From contig NC_043002.1 in NCBI RefSeq assembly GCF_006345805.1, positions 15,748,001 through 15,812,000 on the forward strand: a stretch of DNA of 64,000 bases. Reading direction: 5' to 3'. The position numbers and the translations under genes are program-made. Below are positions 1-12,948 of the stretch, piece by piece (positions within the stretch are counted from its first letter, which is position 1; every line of letters begins with the position of its first letter). The notes beneath the pieces are model-generated. The model worked only from the letters and a program-made list of their open reading frames with translations, did no database searches and was not told the DNA's origin. This stretch comes from Octopus sinensis (lineage: Eukaryota).

Positions 1-2019
1 GAGCTCTCATAGAGAGATGTTGTATAAGAGAATATAAGTTATACGAGGAAAGAAGAACACGAAGTGAGAAAATGAAAATTGGAATGAAAATGTTCGGAAA
101 ATGAGAAAATTATGCAGCATATATTATGTTCCAAATGTATATTCCTATTGTATCATGGATGGTGTAAATGACAATATATGTATATGTTTGTTTATGCAAT
201 TACGTGCGTAGAATCGTGCATGTACATATGTCCATTATATTTCATATCTGTTATTATCTGGAACATTTAACGTGTTACCCAATACTACCTGTCGTTTATT
301 CGAGTAATCAGCGCCTAACGCTTCTTTCCCCCACCTGGCACATAAATATTTGAATGTATAGAGGACGATCATTGGGACTAAAACCGAGGTGTCATATGGC
401 AGATGAGCCCACATCTAACCACTGCTGCATTGGGTTGAAGGGTTCCCGTAGCCTCATTGTAGAATGAGCTTTTTTAAATGAAACTGTCCTCCGATATCAC
501 TTGGCTTACTTTGGTAACCTTAATTCTGTAGGTTACTGCATGTCGAAGCCAGCCGATTAATAGTGTTCAAGAACAAGTATTGTGATACTGCATCAGAATT
601 GAAATTCGTTATAGTTCGTTGCTCTCCAATTATCCTTCATATGCAAATCACCATCCTGCACCTCGAAGGGGATTTTAATGGAATGTAGATTACCACAGTT
701 ACATGAGGATCAACCTACTGGAGACTGTCAACCATGAACAAAATCGATGGCGGCAAGGGTGAGATATTATCTGAGTGACAGAATAACTTTAGTCCAGTTT
801 GGTCGTGCCTTTAGTCCAGTTTGTCGAAGCAGCCATTTTCAGGAACTGTCTGCTTCTTTCAGTCGATGAAAGAAGGGTGAAATGACTCTGCTAGTATGTT
901 GTACGTATTGTTGTTTATGTTGCGTAACAGAGATCAGTAGGACATCCACGTTTGTGGTAGACAACAGATTAAAGAAAAGAAACGCGAAAATAAAACGACA
1001 TCTGGTAGAAGCCAGTAAGTTTAAAGCAACATTTCATTAGGAATTTCATGCTCTACTGGATGGTGCAACCTAGTTTCAACACCACAGAAGTATAACATTC
1101 AAAAATATAGTGCAAGGAAATATCGATATTGCAGACTTGAATGAATATGTCTAGTTAATGTATGCAATCTGCAAGGAAATGGCTACTGTTAATTGCTTGT
1201 TGCGATGACAGGGTCATTTACCTGGCATAGATTTGATTTAGCTATCTAGAAGACATTGATTCTACATATAGAGGTATTTCGTGGATTCAACCCAATAACC
1301 ATGTCGTGACCTATCTGTCTTGAAAGAATGACATATGCGCCAACGCTAATAGGACTTAATTCAGACAGTGGATGCTTTTATCAGCTCAAATATTTCACAT
1401 ACAATCTACCATGTAGACCATCTCTTTCTTTACTATTACTTCCATAGTAGAGTCGTATAAAATCGTATGGTTTGATACACATTTCTCGTTGGTGTGTCTG
1501 GAATCCACTCTGACGAGCTCATGTGTTACATACCTCACTCATTTGATTAGATCAAGTATTAATACAGGCAAAATTTATATTTCAAATTCAACAAAAAAAA
1601 AAGCCTTTAGATTGAAACTTTAAAACGTGTTCTCAAGCTTCATATGCAAAATACAGAAATCCTAACATTAAGCAAAACTGAAAATCAACACTCGAATGAA
1701 CACAAGACAAATATAATCTCACTGCTAAGGAGTTCTGGTCCTAGATAAGTAGCACTATATGCATTAATGCAGCTTGAATGGGATGGGATTTAGCAACTTA
1801 TCTTCTCATTTCCAACGTACCTTACGGGCTTCATTTCGTTATATGTCATTGCTGGAAGAAAGCTTAAATAAACATTCACGCAAAACTAGATGAAATCATT
1901 GTCGAATGAAAAAAAAACACGGTGACTTGGAAGTGTTGCTAATCTGCTAAAGCTCGGTGGCAGTGAATTACCGAGCCATCTCACTTACCTTACATATCTT
2001 CAGATTATTGGGGAGAGTG

Positions 2020-3330
2020 GTGAAATCTCGAGTAACTCAAAGCCTACTTATTTCCAAGTAACATGGTATCCACAATGGGAGGACTGGAAAAGCTGCCACA
2101 TCAAGTTGATATCATTGTGAAGGTTTGGAGAGAGAACTCCAAAGCAGATATCCTCTATCTTCACTTCAAAAAAGCTTTCGACAATGTTAATCACAGTATT
2201 CTGTTAAAGAAACTCTGAAACATTCGAGTCTGAGGAAAATTATATACGTGGAACTTATATAAGTCTGAGGAAAATTATATAATAGGCGCAGGAGTGGCTG
2301 TGTGGTAAGTAGCTTGCTAACCAACCACATGGTTCCGGGTTCAGTCCTAATGCGTGGCAACTTGGGCAAGTGTCTTCTGCTATAGCCCCGGGACGACCAA
2401 TGCCTTGTGAGTGGATTTGGTAGACGGAAACTGAAAGAAGCCTGTCGTATATATGTAAATATATATATGTATGTGTGTGTATGTGTTTGTGTGTCTGTGT
2501 TTGTCCCCCTAGCATTGCTTGACAACCGATGCTGATGTATTTACGCCCCCGTCACTTAGCGGTTGCGCAAAACTGACCGATTGAATAAGTACTGGGCTTA
2601 CAAAGAATAAGTCCCGGGGTCGATTTGCACGACTAAAGGCGGTGCTCCAGCATGGTAGCAGTCAAATGACAGAAACAAGTAAAAGAGTAAAAGAGAGTGG
2701 ATTTATGGTATTCTGGTGTACAGAAACCCGCATGTTGTGATACATAGTGCTCTACAGAATCATCAGTGACTTGCCTTGAGGCACTGTACTGGGCTCATTC
2801 CTCTCTTATATTTACACCAGTGACATCACTGATATCAATCAAAAGAGCATTAAAATTTCTGCAAATGACTCAAAAGCTTTGGGAGCATCCCCCGATTCAA
2901 AAACCCGAACTAATCTCTAATTGCATCTGGTCGCTATTATCCGACGGGGAGAAAAAAACACAATATGCCTCTAAAGGAGAATAAATTTCAATTAATCCAC
3001 TGAGGTAAAGTGGACGCACTTAATAAAATCATAATTTTTCCCTCGTGAGAAATCCTCGTGGCATCAAATAACCATAGAAAGCTCGGCGCAACTGTCGACA
3101 ATTTAATCCAGAGTGTTCGTAACAACAACAAAGTCGATATGGACCACAGGACATGCCTTTGGATTTTCAAAATTTTTCGTTTTAGAGCCCGTTCCTATGG
3201 GGTTTTTTTTTGGCTTCTTCTTCACCTTTATCTGTCATCAACATCATTAATGTTTTATTTTCAACTTTATTTTATTCTATTCTGTATATTGAATTTCAAC
3301 TCTACACACAGACACAAGGATAAAAACAAA
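2020..3330 (+). pseudogene. Decayed CR1/L2-type LINE reverse transcriptase fragment, interrupted by a SINE
   Basis: 2130-2217 reads ENSKADILYLHFKKAFDNVNHSILLKKL (LDFxKAFD motif). After the SINE, 2770-2875 shows frameshifted remnants resembling the GTVLG..LFLIY and FADD motifs. Boundaries approximate. Confidence 0.65.
2284..2697 (+). mobile_element. tRNA-derived SINE, family A (full length)
   Basis: Head ggcgcaggagtggctgtgtggtaag with A/B-box-like motifs (gggttcagtcc), CORE-like cttgggcaagtgtctt, internal (TA)/(TG) tract and tail gaaacaagtaaaagagtaaaagag. Many related copies in the window. Confidence 0.9.
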
Positions 3331-3768
3331 AAGTCTTTATATTACAAACCGAAGGTGTTTCAAGACCAAATCACCAATTACCTTGCTTCCGAACACTTCT
3401 TGTTCATCTTTTCACTAACAGTATTATTATATTATTTTATTTTATTATTCAATTTTCTCTGGATTTGTACTCCATAAATGAGATGTATTTCGTAATTTTT
3501 TTAGGTACGTGTACAACCACTGGTCATATGAATCCTGAATATTTAAGAGAAATTTTGTATACATTAATGTTTTATAAATACATGCATGGTTTGTCAGTAG
3601 TAACGTGCAACGGCATGTGTCTTTGTGTTTTCTAACATGCCTGCGTCGATTTAAATATATAGATATGCATGTGACGTGTGTATATCTATATTGCGTATAT
3701 ATAATATATATATATATCTGCGTACCTACCCATTATCATGAGCATGCTTACGTGCCTGCGGGAGTGTT

Positions 3769-3846
<78 letters not shown>

Positions 3847-3868
3847 ATTATATATTTATTGTGTATAC

Positions 3869-4253
<385 letters not shown>

Positions 4254-4261
4254 GTATATAA

Positions 4262-4300
<39 letters not shown>

Positions 4301-4420
4301 GACATATGTATTGCTATGTTTTCATATATGTGTGTATGTATGTGTGTATGTACACACACACACACACATACATATATATATGCAGTCGTACATATATGCA
4401 TATGTATGTTTGTATATAGT

Positions 4421-5291
4421 TACAGGTGGACCCAAAAGTAACAGGAAATGTTCGCTGTGGGTCAAGCCCCTTGCGGTTCGAGCTTCCGCCGCTACAACCC
4501 ACTTTATGCAACTCCCAGGCATCAGCCTGCCGACCGGCGTCGTCTGCTGGCATCGTACACTTACGTGGTGCGTTTTTGTTTTGCAGTATTTCTCCCCTGT
4601 TCATCGATTTTTGCGATGGTTGAAACGAAAAGATCAGCGTTTCTATAAATTTCTGTTTTCTGCTGGGGAAATCGGTGGCCAAAATAGATGTCATGCTTTA
4701 CACAGCTTACAAGGACGCTATCAAAAACAAAACGTGGTTTTCACGCTTTAGAAATGGTTACTTTTCGCTAGAAGTCCAACCTCGTTCAGAGCAACCATCG
4801 ACCTCCTGAACGAATGAAAACATCCTGAAAATTTATGTACTTATCTTAGAGGACCGTCACTGAACAATCTAGAACTTGATATGATTGGCGTGTCCTGGAG
4901 CTCCTGCCAACGAATTTTAAGCGAGGAATTTCGAATATAAAGATTTGCAGCAAAATTTATATCAAAAGCAATCACGGATGAATATGTGTTTTTAACTGAA
5001 AGAACAGTTGGAAGTTGAACAGAACCTACTTTCGAAGGTCATCACAGGTGATGAAAGCTGGCGCTACGAAATTTGCAGATATGGAAGAGGTGAAGAGAAA
5101 AAAATGGTGGATGCGTTTAAAGGCCACACTTGAGAAGAGTCAAAGAACTGCTTCCAACATTGAAAATACGTCTGGACCGATGCATCGCTTCAAATGAGAA
5201 TAATTTGAAAGCAATAAAAGTGTAAAAATGAAAAACTAAAGGAATAAAATAACGTTGCAAACTTCCGGTTACTATTTGGTACCACCTCGTT
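4421..5291 (+). mobile_element. Deleted Tc1/mariner element with TIRs and decayed transposase
   Basis: Left end tacaggtggacccaaaagtaacagga is an imperfect inverted repeat of right end ttccggttactatttggtaccacctcgt. Internal remnants resemble QRxxIKFCFLLG and KVITGDESW (aaggtcatcacaggtgatgaaagctgg). Confidence 0.8.
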
Positions 5292-5354
5292 TATATTTAC
5301 ATTTACTTATAACATTATTATTTATATTTTTATTTTTATTTCTATGATATATAT

Positions 5355-5387
<33 letters not shown>

Positions 5388-5659
5388 TATATTATATTTC
5401 TGTTATATATATATTATTATATTATATTTCTGTTATATATATATTTATTACTCCCTCCGTCTCAAATTTGTTACTAGATATACTCGCTACGACGGCGCCC
5501 ATAAGTATACTTAGCACCAGTTGCTTTCCCCTCTCTTTCTTTTATGTTTCTTTCAATTATTTCTTTTACTTTCTTCTTCCATCCACTACCCCCCATTGTC
5601 TAATATAGCCTCCATTTCCATTCCTTTTTCCTTCTTATGCTTGCAGATTTCTATTCTTT

Positions 5660-5900
5660 TTATTCTTTTACTTGTCTCAGTCATTTTGACTGTGGCCATG
5701 CTGCATCACTCTATTTAGTCTAACAAACAAAACTCAAAACTTATTCTTTGCAAGCCTTGGGCTTATTCTTTCGATCACTTTTGCAGAATCGCTATTTTAC
5801 GGGGACGCAAACACACTAGCATCGGTTGTCAAGCGATGGTGTTTGAGACAAATGTATGTATACACAAACATATCTGCATACATACACACATATATATTCA
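5660..5900 (-). mobile_element. SINE family A, degenerate 3' half
   Basis: ttctttta cttgtctcagtcattttgactgtggccatgctg...catcggttgtcaagcgatg matches the reverse complement of family A. Confidence 0.75.
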
Positions 5901-5987
5901 AGTATGTGTGCATGTTCGTATGTATGCATATATATATATACATATATATATACATATATATATCATATTATATTATATTATATTATA

Positions 5988-6500
5988 CTAGCAGTATCAC
6001 CCGGCGTTGCTCGGGTTTGTAAGGGAAATAACTATATAAGCATTTTTAGAGAGTTACTTCCCTTATAGATGCCAATTCGGGCTTTCTTAGCCATTTCTGT
6101 TTTGGTGTCTTCAAGCCATGAAGTCGTTGTTCTAAAAGAACGCTGGTCTCCTTGACAACGCTTTACGACGTTGATTTCCTTACACTCCCTTCCCCACAGC
6201 TTCACGAGGGAGGGAAGAAGGGGGAGAAGCAAACAGGTGCAGGTGTGACCATGGACGCCAACTCCGCCGCCATCGACACACGAAAAATGATGCATTAAAA
6301 TGGAATAAAAAATTATGTTAAATTATTTTTAAAATCGTAGACTCATCGTAGACGCGCGCTAATACTCAGACGGGCTCGATATGAATCACGACTATAAGAT
6401 ACCCGAATTTGGTTAAACTGCACCGCAAAATGTGGGAGTAGTTAGGAATCTAAATCGAAGGGGACAGACACTCACACAACTACAGTTTTATATATATAGA
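5988..6500 (-). mobile_element. Non-autonomous Helitron
   Basis: On the minus strand it starts TC(tatatatataaaac) at 6500 and ends with hairpin cccgagcaacgccggg followed by CTAG at 5988. It is inserted between A and T with no TSD. The 5' part is homologous to 30590-30820. Confidence 0.9.
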
Positions 6501-6522
6501 TTATATTATATTATATTATATA

Positions 6523-6589
<67 letters not shown>

Positions 6590-8750
6590 TCTATATATAA
6601 AATTCTTTGTCTCCCTCTCTAACTCTTTCCTGTGCATTCTCAAACAGCTCGACCAAATCAAATACAGATTTACAAGGTAATATTATCAGACCCCGTGAGT
6701 GACAACGTGTAATTTCTTTTCATTTGGATTAAAACAATATAACATTGGCACTGGTTCGCTATTGAGTGTCAAAAGTTAGAGAATAATATTTATATTGCAA
6801 TGTGATATATTGTTTCACTTTTATTCTTTCACTTTTTATTCTAATGTGATAATCCTATATTGTTTCACTTTATTCTTTCACTTTTAATTCTAACGTGACA
6901 TAATATTGTTTCACTTTATTCTTTCACTTTTAATTCTAATGTGATATAATATTGTTTCACTTTATTCTTTCACTTTTAATTCTAATGTGATATAATATTG
7001 TTTCACTTTTGATTCTAATGTTATAAGCCTATATTGGTTCACTTTATTCGTTCACTTTTGATTCTAATGTGATAAGCCTATATTGTTTCACTTTATTCTT
7101 TCACTTTTAATTTTAATGTGATATAATATTGTTTCACATTTATGTTTTCATGTTTGATTCTAATGTGATAAGCCTATCATGTTTCACTTTATTCTTTCAC
7201 TTTTGATTCTAATGTGATAAGCCTATATTGTTTCACTTTATTCTTTCACTTTTAATTCTGTGATATAATATTGTTTCACTTTATTCTTTCACTTTTGATT
7301 CTAATGTGATAAGCCTATATTGTTTCACTTTATTCTTTCACTTTTAATTCTGTGATATAATATTGTTTTACTTTATTCTTTCACTTTTAATTCTAATGTG
7401 ATATAATATTGTTTCACTTTTATTCTTTCACTTTTGATTCTAATGTGATAACACTAAATTCATCTTATTTCAATTATATTTATGAAACTTTGCCAAGATC
7501 TACAAACGCATGCAGCCGCAAGTCAAATATATTCTGAAGACACAAGGGAGATGAGACTTTCCCAAAATCAGCAAATGCATGCGGCAGCACGTCAGATGCA
7601 GTCTCAAGGGAGAAGAGAGATGAGATTTTCGCAAGATCTGCAAACGCATGCTGCAGCACATCAAGTGGGGCCTCAAGAGAGAAACGAGTTGAGACTTTCT
7701 CAATATCGGCAAAAGCTTGCTGCAGCCCGTCAGATGGAGTCTCAATACAAAAGAAAGATGAGACTTTCTCAAAATCAGCAAAGCATGCTGCAGCACTTCA
7801 AATAGAATCTCAAGCCAGAAAGGATGTGAGATTTTCCCATGATAAACAAACGAATGCTGCAGCTCATCAAATGGAGTCTCAAGAGAAAGAGGAGATGAGA
7901 CTTTCCCAAGATAAGCAATCGCTTTCTACAGCTCATCAAATGGAGTTTTGAGACATGCAGTATTTAATGCTGAATCATTAAAACAACTTGTTAATGATTA
8001 GACAGAAGTCCGATACAACAGACTACGCAAAAATTCGTTCTTCACAACTGCTGGAGCTGCTTACAGATGTGATCCATCCCATTGTTATAAAAATTATAAT
8101 TTTTGATCAAACTGGTGTGCTAAACTGTCATTTCTGCAAAGCTTTAAAATTTCCAAATGTGCTGCTCAGGCGTTAAGGTATGATTGCCAATACTACAAGC
8201 TCCTCTTCAACCTCTTTTTGAATCTTCTGAAAGGCACTTCCTTTCACTTTAATGATTTTCTGAACAATATCACACTATACAACTTTGCGTTTCAAATTAT
8301 ATCTTTTAGTGCATCAAATGAGATACTTGAACATAGATTTACGTCGACGTTCAAAATTCAATGGTAAGTCTATTACTTCATTGCTTCCATGTTATCCACA
8401 AATGAACAACAACAGTTCAACTAAATTAACTTTATGAGCGATGTAGGACAGAAACCCGAAGGAGGTGTAAAACTTCAGACAAAGTGTCGTGTTAGACACA
8501 GCGCCGACCGCAGTTTTCGGTGCATTCAAAAATCACATACCTCCTATCCCCAATTTTCCATAAGAGGTTAAGGCCTGGGATACTCGAAACGGATGCATGA
8601 CATGTCCCTTACTCGAATTAGCCCATCAATTACTCCAAAAATGCTTTGCCTTCAAAACTGCACTTTCACGTATCACCTCTTTCAACATAACTGTAATATA
8701 TATACAAAATATGCCATTTTAATCCCAAGCAACGCCGGGTATCTCTGCTA

Positions 8751-8751
<1 letters not shown>
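6590..8751 (+). mobile_element. Helitron derivative with decayed N-terminal Rep/helicase region
   Basis: 5' TCtatatataaa; 3' hairpin cccaagcaacgccggg + tatctctg + CTAC (CTAG variant). 7482-7950 encodes 23-aa (69-bp) R/Q-rich repeats; 8120-8400 has CHFCKALKF, FLNNI..YNFAF and STFKIQ remnants typical of the Helitron N-terminus. Confidence 0.8.
6800..7451. repeat. Minisatellite, ~46-49 bp unit, ~14 copies, inside Helitron
   Basis: Unit atattgtttcactttattctttcacttttaattctaatgtgatata, with alternating ...gataagcctat variants. Confidence 0.9.
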
Positions 8752-8783
<32 letters not shown>

Positions 8784-8880
8784 CGTGAGTGTGTGTAAGT
8801 GTGTGTGTGTTTGTGTCTGCGTCTGTGTAGAAGGTTGAAAAGGAAATCACAAGATGATATATATATTGAAATAGTCAAGG

Positions 8881-9107
8881 TAGAAAATGCTAAATTAATT
8901 TTATGAAAAAATATTTTAGTACCGGTTTCGGCCATTGAGACGTTTTCAACTGTAATATGGAATGCAATTAAATTTTGGAAAAATTAAATGAAAAGTATTT
9001 AAAAAGAATATTTGCATAGTATTGAAATACAAGGGACAGCTGAAAATGTCTCAATGATCGAAACCGGTACTGAAATATTTTTCATAAAATTATTGTAGCA
9101 TTTTCTA
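8881..9107. repeat. Inverted-repeat element (~72 bp arms) carrying degenerate hammerhead-like motifs
   Basis: 8881-8953 is an imperfect reverse complement of 9036-9107. The right arm reads cag-CTGAAAA-tgtc-tcaat-gatc-GAAA-CCGG-TA-ctg. Confidence 0.7.
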
Positions 9108-9135
9108 TATTGTCTTCTTTACATACACACACACA

Positions 9136-9230
<95 letters not shown>

Positions 9231-10268
9231 AATTTATATATAAAGAACGTGAAATACACGAAGAGACGAACACGGAAAACAGACAAGTCATTCGAAGCCA
9301 AAAAATCTTCAGTCAGAAACCGAATCATCATGGCAAATTTCGGCTGATTAATTCTGATATTAGCTCCAACTCGGCCAGCCCCAAGGAAAAAACTAAGCTG
9401 TGAGCATTAGATTTCTTGGTAGAAGGAAATAATGTAAACGCAACAGAGACGAATATATATATGTATATATATATATTATTGAATCTGGGGAGAGTTATTC
9501 TCTTTTAGAGCCTCATTAATTTATTACACTCACCGGTCTGGTTTATACTCATCAACATTTATGTTTACTAAAATGTTCGTTGCGTCTTGCAGCCCTTTCA
9601 GTAATGTACAGGGTCAACGACTATTTAAAACGCTGCAAGACTCTGTCCATTATCGGAACTGCGTTCTTTTTTATTCCTTTGCTTGTGTCAGTAGGCGTGC
9701 GCATACATACATGTATGTATGTTGTGTGTATGCATATGTATATACGTATGCTTGTGTTCACGTTTATATGTATGTACGTATGTACCCTGCAAGTGCGCAT
9801 GTATGCATGTGCATTTGTTTCTATGTGTTTATGTGTGTATGTCTGTGTATGTGTGTATACATGAGTATATGTTGGTATAAATGTATGTGTGTGTATACAT
9901 ATCGTATGAAGGCATTATTCTGCGTATCCATGTGCTTGTGTGCTAATGTGTGTGTTTGTGTGTTATTGTGTGTTTGTGCTTACGTTTATATGTTTATATA
10001 CGTGTGTCTCTATGTGTGAGTGTATTTGTGCATGTACCTCTGTGTGCATGTTTGTCCGTGTCTATGTATGGGTTTGTGTGACTATTAAAACTGTGGGTAC
10101 TGGGGTATGACATCTTCTGCCAATATTTCCTATTTAGTACTGAGGATGTGTCATTAATGAGGATATACTCCTGTACTTTTCTGAGTGTTGGTTCCTTCGG
10201 GTTCTTGGATAAAATACGAAAATAAAGTTAACGCAGTGTCACCATATCCGTCTTTGGTATGCTGGTAG

Positions 10269-10373
<105 letters not shown>

Positions 10374-10664
10374 CTTTCTTTTATTAGCCACACAGGGCTG
10401 AATACAGAGGGGACAAATACAAATGCAGAGCTTTTCTTTTCGAGGGTGGAAAAAAATAAAAATGTAAGATTGCGATCAAAAGGGGTCGAGAGGAGGAAAA
10501 AAAAGAAAATCGTGTATCACAGAAATAATGGTGTAAACATTGATATAACAAGATTGGGTTCATCCGTGGGAAGAAAAGCCTACAGAAAAGACCACGGGAA
10601 CCCCAGTCAGGGAGGATATAAACACATGAGGTCAAAAATGCTCTCTTTCTTTCTTTTTTACGAT

Positions 10665-12932
10665 CTACAGGATCATGCTCAAAATGGTTTCGTTACTAGC
10701 ACGCACCATCTTTGCAACATTCACCCATCTTTTTTTGAATCTTTCGCGAGACAAAACTTCCCTCTCCATTCTCACCTTCCTTTTCAAGTGGTACTTGAAA
10801 AAGTTGATGAGCGATTGGCCAGAGAGGTAAGTGTTTGTCTCTAATCCTTTCGCTCGAGTCCACCACACACATTCTTTCACCATGGCCACCAGTACGATGA
10901 AAACTGCCTTGCCTTCCCGGTTGAGGGAAGGGGGCGGAGCAATTCTCACGATAGACTCGGCCGATAGGCGGATTCGTCCCACACGTGACAGCAGCCGTTC
11001 GGCATAAGCCCACAGGTCGGAAATGGTTGGACATTGCACGAGTGCGTGCAGAACGGTTTCGTCGCTCTGACCGCATCTCGGGCAAGTCGGTCCAGTGTGT
11101 CTGGAACCGTGTCTGTAGAGCTTATCCCGAACAGGTAATGCTTCTCGATAGCACTGCCAGGCCAGGGATCTTTGGTGATTGTTCATAGGTCCCGGCCCGA
11201 AAGTTGTCCTGAACAGGCGGGTCAGGTGTTCCTCGTCGACGCCCAGACTCTGCCCGAGTTCGTCGTCGCACCTCCCCTCCACTAATCCTCTATAGAATGC
11301 CTTTGTTGTGATGGAGTCGCACAAGTTCGATCCCGGACGGCAGAGTTGCTTGAGAGCAACGCGACACTCGCGGTGCCATTCGCCTAGCCTCGGTCTCTGC
11401 TTGATCCATGACTGTAGTTCGTCCAAGGAGACGAGCTGCGGGAAAGCGCGCCGCACAAAAGGCGACCACCCCTGTTCACCGTTGTCTATGAAGCGCCGGA
11501 GATGTCGCAGTCTCAGCGCATGTCTGCGCATCATAAACCACGGCATGCCTAGCCCTCCATTTAGCGGGTGTTGGCAGCAAATGGATCGCCTAACCATCGG
11601 AACGTTTCCCTTCCACAAGAAGCGGAAGAGTATGCGTTCCAGTTTGGTGATGGTAGGGTCGGGACAAGGCACGACGGTCAGACGATACTCGATGACGGAT
11701 GCGATGTACGCGTTCGCCACCTCCGCCCGACCTTTTAGGGATAGCTTTCTCTCAGTCCATTTCTGGGTGAGAGTAGCCACCCTAGTCGTTATCTCGCCCC
11801 AGTTCTTCTCCATTTGGAGGTCCGGACCGAACCAGACCCCGAGCAATTTAACCGGTCCGTCCGTCCAGCGTCCCACGATGGGGACGCTGTTGGACGGCAT
11901 GGGCTTGCTTCTCCAGGTGCCGAGCCGCAAGCCCACTGACTTTTCCCGGTTAATTTTTGCTCCCGTTACCGCTTCGTATTCTTTCAGTGTCTCGCCGACC
12001 AGCTCGATGTGCTCGTAGCTCGACACTATGACGGTGACGTCATCCGCGTATGCAGACACGCTCCTCCCGCATCCCAGCTCTCGTGGGATGCCCCTCAGCG
12101 TCGCCAGTTTCCGCAGTAGTGGCTCAAGAGTCAGTACATACAGCAGCGAACGCATGATACGAACCGAACGCATGATGTTAAAAGGTCTGGATAGATGACC
12201 ATTTACGCGAACTACTGAGCGGATGCCGCTGTATAAGGCAGCGATCCAACCGCGGAAAACTGGACCGAAACCAGCCGCTTTGAGGACAGTCTCCAAGTAG
12301 TGATGGTCTACCCTATCGAAGGCTTTTGATTGATCCAAATTGATCAGTGCCCCACCCATGCCAGGATTTTTAACTACCCTGTCTATGATGTAGCGCATCA
12401 GATGGAGGTTGTCATGAATACTTCTACCCGGCACGGCGCATGTTTGCGCCTTGTCGATTAGTTTCTTGATGACAAGCGCCAACCTCTCGGCTAACACCTT
12501 GGCCAAAATTTTCAAATCTGCGTTGAGCAGAGTGATGGGCCTGAAATTATCTATGACGTCCCCCTTGTTTGGGTCTTTCTTGATCAGTTCCACTGCTCCT
12601 CGCTTTACAAAAGCAGGAATACTCCCGTTCTTCTGCCAGTTGCAGTAGACAGCTGCCAAGACGCCTCCAAACAAGTCTGGCATATGAAAATAAAATTCGT
12701 AGGGCAGACCATCCAAGCCTGGTGACTTGTCTCTCGCGCAGCCTACCTTCGCATCCTGTACGTCCGCAGCTGTGATAGGCTTTTCACAGAGACTCCACCT
12801 CCCTGCTGAGAGTCGTGGCAAGGCATGCAGGTAGGCACTAAAGTCCACTCTGCTTTCTGACTCACCACTTGTCCCAAACAGTTGGGTGAAGTGTTGTTGA
12901 AAAACCCCACACATCCTTTTAGGCTCGAGCAA
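10665..12932 (-). pseudogene. ORF2 reverse transcriptase portion (frameshifted from the endonuclease part)
   Basis: Motifs KSPGLDGLPYEFY, NFRPITLLNADLKILAK, LDQSKAFDRVDH, YADD and C-terminal CPRC..ETVLHALVQC. The expected QGCPLSP motif is missing. Confidence 0.92.
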
Positions 12933-12948
12933 TTCGCGCCCCTTTCAT

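Noticed and set aside
350-1560. Possible very old LINE remnant (GDFN-like codons near 670)
   Set aside because: Only one short motif; no consistent frame or orientation could be established by eye.
6800-7451. CRISPR-like appearance of regular repeats (also 29750-30588 and 39797-39908)
   Set aside because: Head-to-tail tandem repeats without unique spacers, no cas genes, eukaryotic context.
11308-12018. 236-aa plus-strand ORF and other antisense ORFs over the LINE
   Set aside because: Shadow ORFs opposite the GC-richer ORF2 and low-complexity ORF1; no recognisable motifs.
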